A stretch of 64,000 bases of DNA from a virus. How positions within the stretch are numbered: position 1 is the first letter of the stretch; each line of letters begins with the position of its first letter. The notes below the pieces were generated by a model. That model searched no databases. It was not told the origin of the DNA and saw only the letters and a program-made list of their open reading frames with translations. This document shows, piece after piece, positions 9,456 to 18,098 of this stretch. The position numbers and the translations under genes were made by a program. The stretch is from IMG/VR virus record IMGVR_UViG_3300031962_000001, positions 1 through 64,000 of that record; one strand, 5' to 3'.

Positions 9456-10180
9456 GACGTTGGATAATCGGAGATGTGAGAGGCGAACTGACCTTGCTGG
9501 AGATGCTTATCGAAAGACTTGGTCCTACAGATTCTGATCTGCTTCTGTTTCTAGGCTCATACCTAGGTCCTGGCCCAGACAGCAAGGGAGTGGTAGAGTA
9601 CATCCTAGACTTGCAGAAAAGACTTTCTGGCAAGGTGCTCTGTCTGCGTGGCTGCTACGAATATGTGTTTCAATTTGCGATAGAGGAAAATGTGGATGAT
9701 GAGACAGCGAAGTTCTGGTCTAAGATGGACGGTGAGAAGGTCTTTGAAAGCTACGCTGTTGACAAGTCTGTGTACGTAACTGCGACTGGGAACAATGGCG
9801 CCGAACCTAAGCCAATGAAAGTGGCGATACCGATGCTCGTGCCGGAAACGCATATTCGGTTCATGGAAAATCTTCATCAGTGGTACGAAGATGATATATT
9901 TCCATATATCGGCTGTCATTCTGGCGGACATCCCGGGCTCTTTGGAGGGAGACTAGAAGATGAATCGCAGACCGTGTTCTCTGAGGATGGCTGGTGGGAA
10001 CAGAAGTGGCGGCGCATACCGAACAAGACAGTAGTGTTTTCTCACGTCCCGTTCCGGAAGCCGTTCAGAGGACCAGGAAAGATAGGCATAGATCTAGGCT
10101 GTGGATTGGGTGGGAAACTTTGCGCATTTGAGCTGTTTGCAGAAAACTTTACTACGGTGGGACATCGTCATGCCAAGTAA
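9452..10180 (+). CDS. calcineurin-like metallophosphoesterase homolog with degenerate active-site motifs
   Basis: IIGDVRG / FLGSYLGPGPDSKGVV / LRGCYE / IGIDLGCGLGGKL align with the PPP-family motif order; GTG start overlaps the upstream stop. Confidence 0.7.
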   Translation: MRRWIIGDVRGELTLLEMLIERLGPTDSDLLLFLGSYLGPGPDSKGVVEYILDLQKRLSGKVLCLRGCYEYVFQFAIEENVDDETAKFWSKMDGEKVFESYAVDKSVYVTATGNNGAEPKPMKVAIPMLVPETHIRFMENLHQWYEDDIFPYIGCHSGGHPGLFGGRLEDESQTVFSEDGWWEQKWRRIPNKTVVFSHVPFRKPFRGPGKIGIDLGCGLGGKLCAFELFAENFTTVGHRHAK

Positions 10181-10709
10181 CATCTATGAAATTATCAAGC
10201 AAGACAATCCTAAGCTGGCAGAAACGTTGGACACTAATCACGACGTCTGCGATTTTCTCATGGCTCTGTACACTCAGCTTCACTATGCTGCCATGGAATC
10301 TTCCAAGAACCCGGTAGATATGCGCTGCAATATCACTGTGGAGAAAGAGCGTCTGCTAATCATCCGCACGAGCTACGTCGGAGACAGTGGTGGAAGAATA
10401 GACATCGGTACGAAACTGCCACGTCAGCGGAATCTTAATCTCGTGAAGTTTCTCCAAGTAAATCGTAACGTAAGGGATGTGGCTCTAAACGTAGTATACG
10501 CTTTGGAAGCGTGGCTCAATGAACTTCCGGTCAGAAAGAAGCAGGGATTCAAGAACATCAAGATAGAAAACGCCATGAAGTGGAGATCGGGAGAGATCAC
10601 GGCGGAGCTAGTGCTGAAGTTTGAATTCGACGAGATGGTAGCTGCGAAGATGAATTGGCAGATGGACGAACCGGAGCAGCCAACTGAAGAAGGGAGCATT
10701 ATCGTATGA
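10170..10709 (+). CDS. hypothetical protein
   Basis: ATG at 10170 (MPSNIYEII) overlapping the upstream gene end; coupled to the next gene by ATGA. Confidence 0.6.
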   Translation: MPSNIYEIIKQDNPKLAETLDTNHDVCDFLMALYTQLHYAAMESSKNPVDMRCNITVEKERLLIIRTSYVGDSGGRIDIGTKLPRQRNLNLVKFLQVNRNVRDVALNVVYALEAWLNELPVRKKQGFKNIKIENAMKWRSGEITAELVLKFEFDEMVAAKMNWQMDEPEQPTEEGSIIV

Positions 10710-11686
10710 GCATCATCGCATGTGCAGGATCAGACGAAGGACCGGGAGCGAATTTCACGCCGCCGACTCTTGGCGAGTTCATGAAGAACCAGGAAACTCA
10801 GCTCAGGCGTCTGCGTGAAGCGCGTGTCGGCGCTTCGGTCGTAAGAGAAGCTCGCCTGTTCCACGAGAAGCAGGCGCAGAAGCATGGCCTCCACACGAAG
10901 CGTGGCATAGCGCATCTTCGCGCCGCTCGCATGTTCTCGAGAGAGGCTGGCGCTTCATTGCAGGAGCGTCTCGAAAGCTTCAACAATCAAGTGGGCGAAA
11001 TCGATCCAAACACGCTGGCGAAGGCTACGAAGGACACCATCAACTTCCACAAGAAGATGGCGCAGAAGCACGGACTTGACAGCGACTTGGGACATGCTCA
11101 CACTTCTGCGATGGAACATCACATGGACACTCTCCAACAGTTGAAGAAAGGAGCCGGTCAACCTCAGCAGCCTCCACAGCAAGTTTCTGGCGAGGAAGCG
11201 TACGAAGGCGGTCCAGGGAGTGGACCTAAGAAGTCTGGATTTGATGACAAGAAAAGAACTTGGACTAGCCCAGAAGGTAAGACAGTAGGTATGGATAAGA
11301 AACCTGGAAAATATCCGAAGTACCATGAACGCGAAGCTCTCCCCGGCAAGTCTGGCAAACAGCTTCCTGTCCCGGTCCCAAACAAGTCCCAGATGCCTAG
11401 CCAAGATATCAAGCAGGACAAGCCACCGATAGATCTTGACGCTCAGCAAGGCGGCGGTCAGCGATTGCAGCAGACGTATGGAGCCCATGCTGGGATGAGA
11501 GCCAGCAAGAAGCCGACGTTCGAGTCGCGCTTTCGTCGGTTTGAGCGCGAAGCTCGCGGCCCATACGACGGCGAATGCGCTTTGCCTACCTCCGTCAAGA
11601 AGCAGGTCGGCAAGGATCTGGTAGACGAAGGACCAAGAGTAAAGCGCGAAGCACGGAGGTCTCTTCGGCGAAGGCGGACCGGGTAG
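10706..11686 (+). CDS. putative internal head protein (zero-frame product; probable +1 extension to 12269)
   Basis: Charged low-complexity protein with many R-E-A sites and an EGGPGSGPKK motif; lies upstream of the prohead protease. Confidence 0.6.
   Translation: MSIIACAGSDEGPGANFTPPTLGEFMKNQETQLRRLREARVGASVVREARLFHEKQAQKHGLHTKRGIAHLRAARMFSREAGASLQERLESFNNQVGEIDPNTLAKATKDTINFHKKMAQKHGLDSDLGHAHTSAMEHHMDTLQQLKKGAGQPQQPPQQVSGEEAYEGGPGSGPKKSGFDDKKRTWTSPEGKTVGMDKKPGKYPKYHEREALPGKSGKQLPVPVPNKSQMPSQDIKQDKPPIDLDAQQGGGQRLQQTYGAHAGMRASKKPTFESRFRRFEREARGPYDGECALPTSVKKQVGKDLVDEGPRVKREARRSLRRRRTG
11654..11669 (+). other. prfB-like +1 ribosomal frameshift cassette (CGGAGG-TCT-CTT-CGG-C)
   Basis: GGAGG 11655-11659, 3-nt spacer, CTT 11663-11665. 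The +1 frame reads on as GEGGPGSGPKK, with no start codon between TAA 11640 and GTG 11808. Confidence 0.6.
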
Positions 11687-12269
11687 CGGACCTAAAAAGG
11701 GAGAAGGTACTAGGAAGTCTATAGATATTGGATATGGCCCAATAGACGTTTCTAAATGGAGCCAGAAAGATATTGATACTTTCAAGAAGACCGGTAAAAG
11801 ACCAAAGGTGAAAGAAGCTCGCGAGGACGGTAACGTCTACGTCTCGCCACGCTATAAGAACATCCATCCAGAAGGCGACATAGACCCGCGCGACTTCGTC
11901 AAGGCTGGACAGAAAGGTGGCGGACACTCTGGCGGCGGAGAAGAATCTGGAATGCCACAGACGATGGAAGGCAAGCGAGGTTGGACGGAGCGTCAGCGTG
12001 CAATGCACAGCACGATGGGCAAGAAGATGGCAGCGAAGGAATCTGCGGAAGGTGGACCTGGAAGTGGCCCTCCAAAGAAAGGCATTGGTTCTAAAGAAGA
12101 CTACGAGAAGTGGGAAAAGCATGGGAAGAGAGAACGCACGCCTATCAAGGCTCCTTATGGAGAGTATGGTAGGAAAGCAAACGAATCCAACTGGCGTGGA
12201 GGCGGAGCGATATTCCAACCGAAAGCGCCAAGACTGGCAGAGAGCAAAGTAGCGATTAAAGAGTTCTGA
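11667..12269 (+). CDS. +1-frame C-terminal extension of 10706 gene (contains ORF 11808-12269)
   Basis: Open +1 frame with two further EGGPGSGP motifs and E-A/E-S sites, matching the upstream ORF. Confidence 0.6.
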   Translation, partial: GEGGPGSGPKKGEGTRKSIDIGYGPIDVSKWSQKDIDTFKKTGKRPKVKEAREDGNVYVSPRYKNIHPEGDIDPRDFVKAGQKGGGHSGGGEESGMPQTMEGKRGWTERQRAMHSTMGKKMAAKESAEGGPGSGPPKKGIGSKEDYEKWEKHGKRERTPIKAPYGEYGRKANESNWRGGGAIFQPKAPRLAESKVAIKEF

Positions 12270-12349
12270 AAGGTAACTACAGGTGCATAGAAAAATGAAC
12301 ATATCTTCCACATTCGATTGCTCCGTGCATAGTGCCAGCGAAGGGCGAA

Positions 12350-12379
12350 GGGAAGGCAGACTCTTCCTCCTGCCTTCCC
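12350..12379 (+). terminator. GC-rich stem-loop (terminator or stabiliser)
   Basis: GGGAAGGCAG / CTGCCTTCCC 10-bp stem in an intergenic region; no U-tract. Confidence 0.4.
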
Positions 12380-12399
12380 CAAGCCTATAGGAGAAAAAC

Positions 12400-13107
12400 A
12401 TGCCGCTAACAGATCTAGACTTGAGACCCTCACTCTCAGACGAAGAGGGTGCCACGTTCGAAGTAGGCTATTTCAACAAGAAGCAAGTGAAGCCAAAGAA
12501 ACTCCGTGAAGCGCTGAGACTCACCGTCGATGAAGACTCATCGTTCGATGACACGTTCCGCCTGCGTGAAGCTGGAGCAGGTCTAGCACCGTCTCAGAAC
12601 AATCAACAGTTCGCTCGTGGCGTTCCGATGGATGACAAGTCCACGTCGAAGAACTACAACTCGCAGATCATCGACGGTGAGCACAAGTCACTGCTCAGCT
12701 TGGGCAAGATCAACGAAGCGATGGAGGATGATGAACATAGTGAGCATATTCTTGAACATCGCATTCTGCTGGCGAATCCTAAGCTATCAGAGACACAACG
12801 CGCTAACCTTATGGCGCATCTCGAGAGCCACGTCAAGGCTCGCGGCAAGAAGATGAAAGAACTCAAGGCGGCAGCTGAAGGCAAAGGCAAGCAGAACGAC
12901 ATGGATGTGATGACCGGAGCTGCGAAATATAAAAAGGGACTCGGTATGCAATCGAAGGCTATGCCTGCGACACGATATGACGTAATACCACAAGACTCGC
13001 AGGTAGATCAGGAGCGCAAGCGGACCGCTGGCAATATGAGCATGGAATCCAGATTCGGGAGGTTCGACCGAGCGTTGAGGACATCTCGACTCCGGAGGTC
13101 GCTTTGA
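12400..13107 (+). CDS. putative internal head protein (zero-frame product; probable +1 extension to 13525)
   Basis: AGGAGA RBS; KLREA, RLREA and ESRFGRFDR motifs; ends R-R-S-L-stop. Confidence 0.65.
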   Translation: MPLTDLDLRPSLSDEEGATFEVGYFNKKQVKPKKLREALRLTVDEDSSFDDTFRLREAGAGLAPSQNNQQFARGVPMDDKSTSKNYNSQIIDGEHKSLLSLGKINEAMEDDEHSEHILEHRILLANPKLSETQRANLMAHLESHVKARGKKMKELKAAAEGKGKQNDMDVMTGAAKYKKGLGMQSKAMPATRYDVIPQDSQVDQERKRTAGNMSMESRFGRFDRALRTSRLRRSL

Positions 13108-13108
13108 A
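13093..13108 (+). other. prfB-type +1 frameshift cassette (CGGAGG-TCG-CTT-TGA-A)
   Basis: SD-like GGAGG 13094-13098, 3 nt, CTT 13102-13104, TGA 13105-13107. The +1 frame is open and in frame with ORF 13172-13525. Confidence 0.75.
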
Positions 13109-13525
13109 GTTGACGAGTTTTCGCCGAACTTTCCGCAGCTGGGAAGAAAGACACAGGGGCGTCGGTTCAATGTGTACCATAAGGAAGCGAATCAGACCAG
13201 GGATTTCAGGAAGAAGAATCCCGGCGTAGATGGCGCAATCAGCGACCCTCCGCCGGACATGAAACTGAAACCACCGATGACAGGGGAACTGGACAAGAGC
13301 ATGACCGGCAGAAATCAGCAATACGGGAATTTCTTGGCGAACTGGAACGATCCAAGAAACAAGGACGCTGCCAGAGAAGGCAACAGAGGCAACGTGATCC
13401 AAGATTCCAGAGGAAACAGTCTATCGCGTGGCGATTACGGAAAAGGCATGAACCCAAATTATACTGGTGATCTGGCAAAGAAATCACACGGGGATATCAT
13501 GAAATCAAAGGCACCGAGGTACTAA
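13106..13525 (+). CDS. +1-frame extension of 12400 gene (contains ORF 13172-13525)
   Basis: +1 frame reads EVDEFSPNFPQLGRKTQGRRFNVYHKEAN...; GTG 13172 has only a weak RBS. Confidence 0.65.
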   Translation, partial: EVDEFSPNFPQLGRKTQGRRFNVYHKEANQTRDFRKKNPGVDGAISDPPPDMKLKPPMTGELDKSMTGRNQQYGNFLANWNDPRNKDAAREGNRGNVIQDSRGNSLSRGDYGKGMNPNYTGDLAKKSHGDIMKSKAPRY

Positions 13526-14142
13526 TGAGAAGCGTGTATCTAATCCGGAATCGTGCTAACGGGAAGGTCTATGTAGGGAAGACCATCAGAGGGATAGAGA
13601 ATAGATTTCTAGAGCACATCTCTGGCCGTAACTCATCCTTGCTTCTTACCAGAGCCATGAATAAGTATGGTCTGGACAAATTTGAAATCTTCACGATTTA
13701 TAAAGATGCCGTAACAGATGGACATCTGAACATGCTGGAAGAGATGTACATCAAGATGTACCGAGCGAATGACAAACGCTATGGATACAATCTTACGGAG
13801 GGTGGAGATGGCCTTGTCAATCCTTCTGAAGCTGTTCGTAAGAAGATGAGAAAATCGCATGTCATGTCTGAAGAAGGCTCTAGAAGAATTGCTGAAGCTG
13901 CAATGGGAAATAAACGAGCTTCTAATATGTCTGAAGCAAAGCGTATGAAGTTGAGTAAGTTGATGAGGGAAAAGAGAAGGAAGTGGGGGGATAAGTATTG
14001 TTCACACGCCTTCTCTAATGAGGCTAGAAGAAAGATGCGGATTTCCAGAAGGCAGTATTTGAATAGCTTGACTGCTGAGGAACGCAGTCATATATTCAGC
14101 GGGGCTGCCAAAAGAGAAAGACTAGAGAAGAAGGCTGCGTAA
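13525..14142 (+). CDS. GIY-YIG homing endonuclease with NUMOD-like C-terminal repeats
   Basis: SVYLIRNRANGKVYVGKT, RFLEH, E..YIK, GYNLTEGGDG, SEAVRKKMRKSH. Confidence 0.85.
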   Translation: MRSVYLIRNRANGKVYVGKTIRGIENRFLEHISGRNSSLLLTRAMNKYGLDKFEIFTIYKDAVTDGHLNMLEEMYIKMYRANDKRYGYNLTEGGDGLVNPSEAVRKKMRKSHVMSEEGSRRIAEAAMGNKRASNMSEAKRMKLSKLMREKRRKWGDKYCSHAFSNEARRKMRISRRQYLNSLTAEERSHIFSGAAKRERLEKKAA

Positions 14143-14143
14143 A

Positions 14144-16408
14144 ATGCCAAATTCTAGTTCACAACATGGGCAACTTCAGAGAGCTGGTATACAACGTTTG
14201 ATCTCTGATAAAAAAGGAAAGAAGAGGAAGAAGCTAGTCGCTTCTAAAATCAGAGAATCCTTCGGTGGCAAAATCTTTACAGAAAAGGGTCAAGACGAAA
14301 CTGGAAAGTCTGCTAACGGAAAACAACAAAAGAGCCGTGTCTACTTGGTTACGATTATTGAGGAAGGCTTAGGCAACTCGAAAGATCGCAATTATTATAG
14401 CAGCGACGCTCTCAAGTCTGGCACTAACGTATTCAATGGCGCGAAAGCCTACGCTGACCATCCAGACGCCATAACCGAAAAGACACTGCCAGAGCGCAGC
14501 ATGAAGGATTTGGTAGGTTGGTATAGCGATTGTTTTGTCGACAAGAATCCCCAAACCGGCAAGGCTCGTCTGCGTGGTAAGCTCCACTTCTTCCCATCCG
14601 CTAAGTGGCTCACCGACATGATCGACACAATTCTAACTGACAAGTCTGCCAAAAATCTTTTCGGGATATCTATCAATGCCGTAGGCCGAACAAGGCCAGC
14701 GCAAATGAACGGCGAAGAAGTGAACTATGTAGAAGAATTTCAGCGAGTAGACAGTGCTGACGTAGTGACAGAGCCAGCAGCACGAGGAAAGTTCGACCAA
14801 ATGCTGGAGTCTAGGCGATCTGTCGCGGGCGGTCACTCACGGAAAGTAAGTAACAGTATGGGAACTCGAAGCAAACGAACGAGAGAATCGGCGGTCTTAA
14901 GCCCCGAGAAGGCAAAAGAAGTTGCTGACGCTCTCGTATCGGCATATAACTCGGACAATCCAGACGAAATGAAAGAAGCATCGTTTTCAGCGGCGAAACA
15001 ACTCTACGCTGTTTCTTCCATATCTGGCAAAGGTCCGGGACAGCCAAACGAAGAGCAGTACAGCAACATCAATCCAAGTGGAGGTAAAGAGTCAATGGCA
15101 AAGAGTAAGAAGATGAAAGCCTCCATCGGACGGCGATCTTTCCGCAAAGGCAAGAGGCTTGTGGCCGCCGATGGCAAGGGAGCTGATAACGAAAACGTAG
15201 ACGAACCAGATCCTGACGACATCGAGCCTCGTTTGGAGGAATCCGATGTTGAGGACGAGGAAGGCGACAAGGACGTCGGCGCTCTAGACGACTTCGGCGG
15301 CAGCAAGCATTATGCCAAGGAAGCTCGCGGCCGAGGCGGTCGTAGGATGGCAGCACAAGAGGGCTTCGAGGACGAAGGCTTTGAGGACGAGGGAGCAGAA
15401 GACGAGGGCTTCGAAGATGAGGACGAGGGATTCGAAGACGAGGATGGCGGAATGCCAGGAGCGATGCCTCCGGGAGCGGGAATGGGTGCTGCTCCGGGTG
15501 GTGGTGCTCCGGGTTCTTCGCGAACCGTAGCATCTGCAGAAGCAGATGATGACGATGATGATGGTGATGATGATCTGGACGATATGGACGAGGCTTTCGA
15601 GGATGAAGACGAAGGCTTCGAGGATGAGGGGATGGAAGATGAAGGTGGCCAGATGCGTCCAGGAACAGTAGCAGAAGCAGGTCGTCGCCGGATGGCGGTC
15701 AGGGCAAGTGGTCGTAGTCCTCGCCGTCGTTTCAGCCGTGAAGCCGGACGTGCAAGCGGTCAAGGGCAGACTGTCAGCAAGGCCTCGTTCGCGGGTGGTC
15801 TCGGACACTCGGGGAACACTGCTTTGCCAAAGGGAGGCGACCCCACGAAGGGATACGATCCTGGAGGCACAGACGAGGATTGGGGCAAGAAGGACGATTC
15901 CACGTCTGCCGTGGGCAAGTCCTACAAGATCAAGACCAGCAAGTTCCGTCGCAACAAGGTAGCGCGTCGTGTCGCTCAAGAAGCCAATCGCCGCATTGAG
16001 ATTCTCGAGCATAACGTCATGCGTCTACGTGAATCCCTCAAGGCAACTGGGCGCACGCTCAATCGGTACAAGGGCATCGTCCGATTCACCGAATCTCAGA
16101 AGAGCGCACATCGGCTTCTGAACAGAGCTGTCGAAGAAGGTTTCCTTCCGGAGGAAATGGTCAACGAATCTCGAGTCCTGCGGGAATCTCTGTATGGCTT
16201 GAGTGAACGTGATCAGATCCGGGAGATCAAAAAGACTGCACTACTTCTTGAATCTGCTCAAGAGGGAGTGGTGTCTCGTTTGTCTGAAAGCGTTGATGGA
16301 AGTGGAGCCAGAGGCGGCGCTGTATCCTATATAAGGACCGCCGGAGCAGAAGACTCTGAGCTCGCTGCGGGATTTGCCGATGACGGCATTCCCCTCAAAG
16401 ACGAATAA
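14144..16408 (+). CDS. prohead maturation protease fused to scaffolding protein
   Basis: IIEEGLGNSKDRNYYS, AYADHP, RSMKDLVG, GISINA, SADVVTEPAARG protease motifs; acidic linker and coiled-coil C-terminus; lies upstream of decoration and capsid genes; probable internal start (GGAGG...ATG 15095). Confidence 0.8.
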   Translation: MPNSSSQHGQLQRAGIQRLISDKKGKKRKKLVASKIRESFGGKIFTEKGQDETGKSANGKQQKSRVYLVTIIEEGLGNSKDRNYYSSDALKSGTNVFNGAKAYADHPDAITEKTLPERSMKDLVGWYSDCFVDKNPQTGKARLRGKLHFFPSAKWLTDMIDTILTDKSAKNLFGISINAVGRTRPAQMNGEEVNYVEEFQRVDSADVVTEPAARGKFDQMLESRRSVAGGHSRKVSNSMGTRSKRTRESAVLSPEKAKEVADALVSAYNSDNPDEMKEASFSAAKQLYAVSSISGKGPGQPNEEQYSNINPSGGKESMAKSKKMKASIGRRSFRKGKRLVAADGKGADNENVDEPDPDDIEPRLEESDVEDEEGDKDVGALDDFGGSKHYAKEARGRGGRRMAAQEGFEDEGFEDEGAEDEGFEDEDEGFEDEDGGMPGAMPPGAGMGAAPGGGAPGSSRTVASAEADDDDDDGDDDLDDMDEAFEDEDEGFEDEGMEDEGGQMRPGTVAEAGRRRMAVRASGRSPRRRFSREAGRASGQGQTVSKASFAGGLGHSGNTALPKGGDPTKGYDPGGTDEDWGKKDDSTSAVGKSYKIKTSKFRRNKVARRVAQEANRRIEILEHNVMRLRESLKATGRTLNRYKGIVRFTESQKSAHRLLNRAVEEGFLPEEMVNESRVLRESLYGLSERDQIREIKKTALLLESAQEGVVSRLSESVDGSGARGGAVSYIRTAGAEDSELAAGFADDGIPLKDE

Positions 16409-16430
16409 TCTGTAGTTCGGAGGAAATACA

Positions 16431-16934
16431 GTGTCACAACCGTTTAACGTAGTGAAGATCGAGAAGGAACGGGTAAGCCAAGTCCCCGTCAATCTCGCCA
16501 CTGCTTTCAACTCTGGCGATATGATGAAATGGGACCCAGCGAACCTCGTTGCTACTCCGATCGTAGCAGGTGACGCAGCCTCCGCAGCCGCAGCCGCTCT
16601 GTTCATCGGCGTCTCCAACGATACGAACCCGATCACTAGCTTGAGCCAGAACTTGCCCGTGTCTAGGATCGCTATTGTCACGCGTGGAATGTGTCTATTC
16701 ACGTGCGACGATTCGGCTACGTATTACGCTGGCGACGCCGTGACGTTCGGAGCCGACCCTCAGAAGATCCGTCATACGGGTGCTTCTGGAACTAACGTGA
16801 TTGGTTACGTTGCTCCAGAAAACACGTTCACGGTATCTGCTGGCGGACAGTCTGTAGGCATCGCAGCGACTCAGGGCGTAACACAGCTTCTGATCAATCT
16901 GCGGCCTCAGTACACGCAGTTGACGACGATCTAA
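16431..16934 (+). CDS. capsid decoration/cement protein
   Basis: GGAGG RBS + GTG; AFNSGDMM..FIGVS..TRG..AGDAV..NVIGYV pattern; sits between scaffold and major capsid genes. Confidence 0.65.
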   Translation: MSQPFNVVKIEKERVSQVPVNLATAFNSGDMMKWDPANLVATPIVAGDAASAAAAALFIGVSNDTNPITSLSQNLPVSRIAIVTRGMCLFTCDDSATYYAGDAVTFGADPQKIRHTGASGTNVIGYVAPENTFTVSAGGQSVGIAATQGVTQLLINLRPQYTQLTTI

Positions 16935-16950
16935 TGGAGGAATGAGGAAA

Positions 16951-18021
16951 ATGAGAACCCCAATGAATCGATGGGACGAGGTTGCAGCCAAGATCGATTG
17001 GTTCAGCCCCGAACTCAGCTTCCGCCGCCTCCGTGAGAGTGCTTATCGTCAATCACGGGTCTTGCGCGAAGCGAATGCTGAGTCTGCTTTTGGACAGTTG
17101 TTGAGAGCGGGAGTACAGACTTACGCGATCAACAGCTATAACACAGTTCCAGTGATCTATCCCGATCTCGTGACAGAAGTAGCGTCACGTCGTTTCCAAG
17201 AGTACTACGCTCCGTTGTATCGCCCCAATCTACCGAAGCGCGTTGATCGTGGCCAAGAGTTCCAAGACAATCCAGTAGTTGGACTCGACCGTCACTTGAC
17301 CAACCAGAAATTCGGCATGATCGAGGCGTTTGAGCGCGAACTCTTTGATGACGATCAGACCGGGCAGATCAAGAACCGTGCGAGCCAGATGGGTGAGAAC
17401 TTCAAGATCATGGAAGAAATCTACGTGATCGGGAAGATCATCGGCGCTGGCTTCACAGTTCAGGGTGTCACGGTGGACCCGGATGTCAGCTTCACCGACA
17501 CGGTTCCAGCTGGCTTCACTGGCACTGGCTCCTACAATACTTCTAAGGGCAATCGCCCCGGCACGTTCGTCCGTCTGTCTCAATTGAACCTGGAAACTGC
17601 CGACATCAACCTGATGAACATAACCGATCCTCTTGGAAACAAGTTCCTCGTGTCTCCGAATACATTGTTGGTCTCGCCAATCGACAAGTTCGTAGGCGCG
17701 AAGCTCTTGAATTCCACGTTGCAGCCATCTGTCCCGTCTGCATCTCCTGACGCGACTGGCTACACGATGACGGTCAATCCTCTGCAAGGACTGTACAAGC
17801 TACTGGTCTCAAGGTTCCTCACGTCCAAAGCGTGGATCCTTGGCGACCCGAAGAAATGTATGGTCTTCCAGCGGCGCGACCCTCTGGAGATCATCCAAGA
17901 GAACCCGGCTTCTGGCCAGTCGTTCAGCATGGAAGTCTATCGGTTCAAGTCTCGCTCACGTTTTGAAGTCGGCATGATTGAAAGTCGCTTCAACTACATG
18001 GGTGACGATGGCACAGTCTGA
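16951..18021 (+). CDS. major capsid protein (HK97 fold, Mu gpT-like)
   Basis: KFGMIEAFERELFDDDQTGQI, PNTLLVSP, NPLQG...VSRFLTSKAWIL, FQRRDPLE...YRFKSRSRF; followed by a terminator. Start 16942 or 16951. Confidence 0.85.
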   Translation: MRTPMNRWDEVAAKIDWFSPELSFRRLRESAYRQSRVLREANAESAFGQLLRAGVQTYAINSYNTVPVIYPDLVTEVASRRFQEYYAPLYRPNLPKRVDRGQEFQDNPVVGLDRHLTNQKFGMIEAFERELFDDDQTGQIKNRASQMGENFKIMEEIYVIGKIIGAGFTVQGVTVDPDVSFTDTVPAGFTGTGSYNTSKGNRPGTFVRLSQLNLETADINLMNITDPLGNKFLVSPNTLLVSPIDKFVGAKLLNSTLQPSVPSASPDATGYTMTVNPLQGLYKLLVSRFLTSKAWILGDPKKCMVFQRRDPLEIIQENPASGQSFSMEVYRFKSRSRFEVGMIESRFNYMGDDGTV

Positions 18022-18044
18022 GAAACAGCGCAAGCCGTTTTTCT

Positions 18045-18076
18045 AGGGGGAAGCTCTAACCGGCTTCCCCCTTTCT
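18045..18076 (+). terminator. rho-independent terminator
   Basis: AGGGGGAAGC / GCTTCCCCCT stem followed by TTCT, directly after the capsid gene. Confidence 0.7.
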
Positions 18077-18098
18077 GTATGTAAAGAGGAGGAAGAAA

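Noticed and set aside
13525-14142. GIY-YIG ORF as intron-encoded
   Set aside because: It abuts both neighbours (TAATG overlap; 1-nt gap), leaving no room for intron RNA, so it is free-standing.
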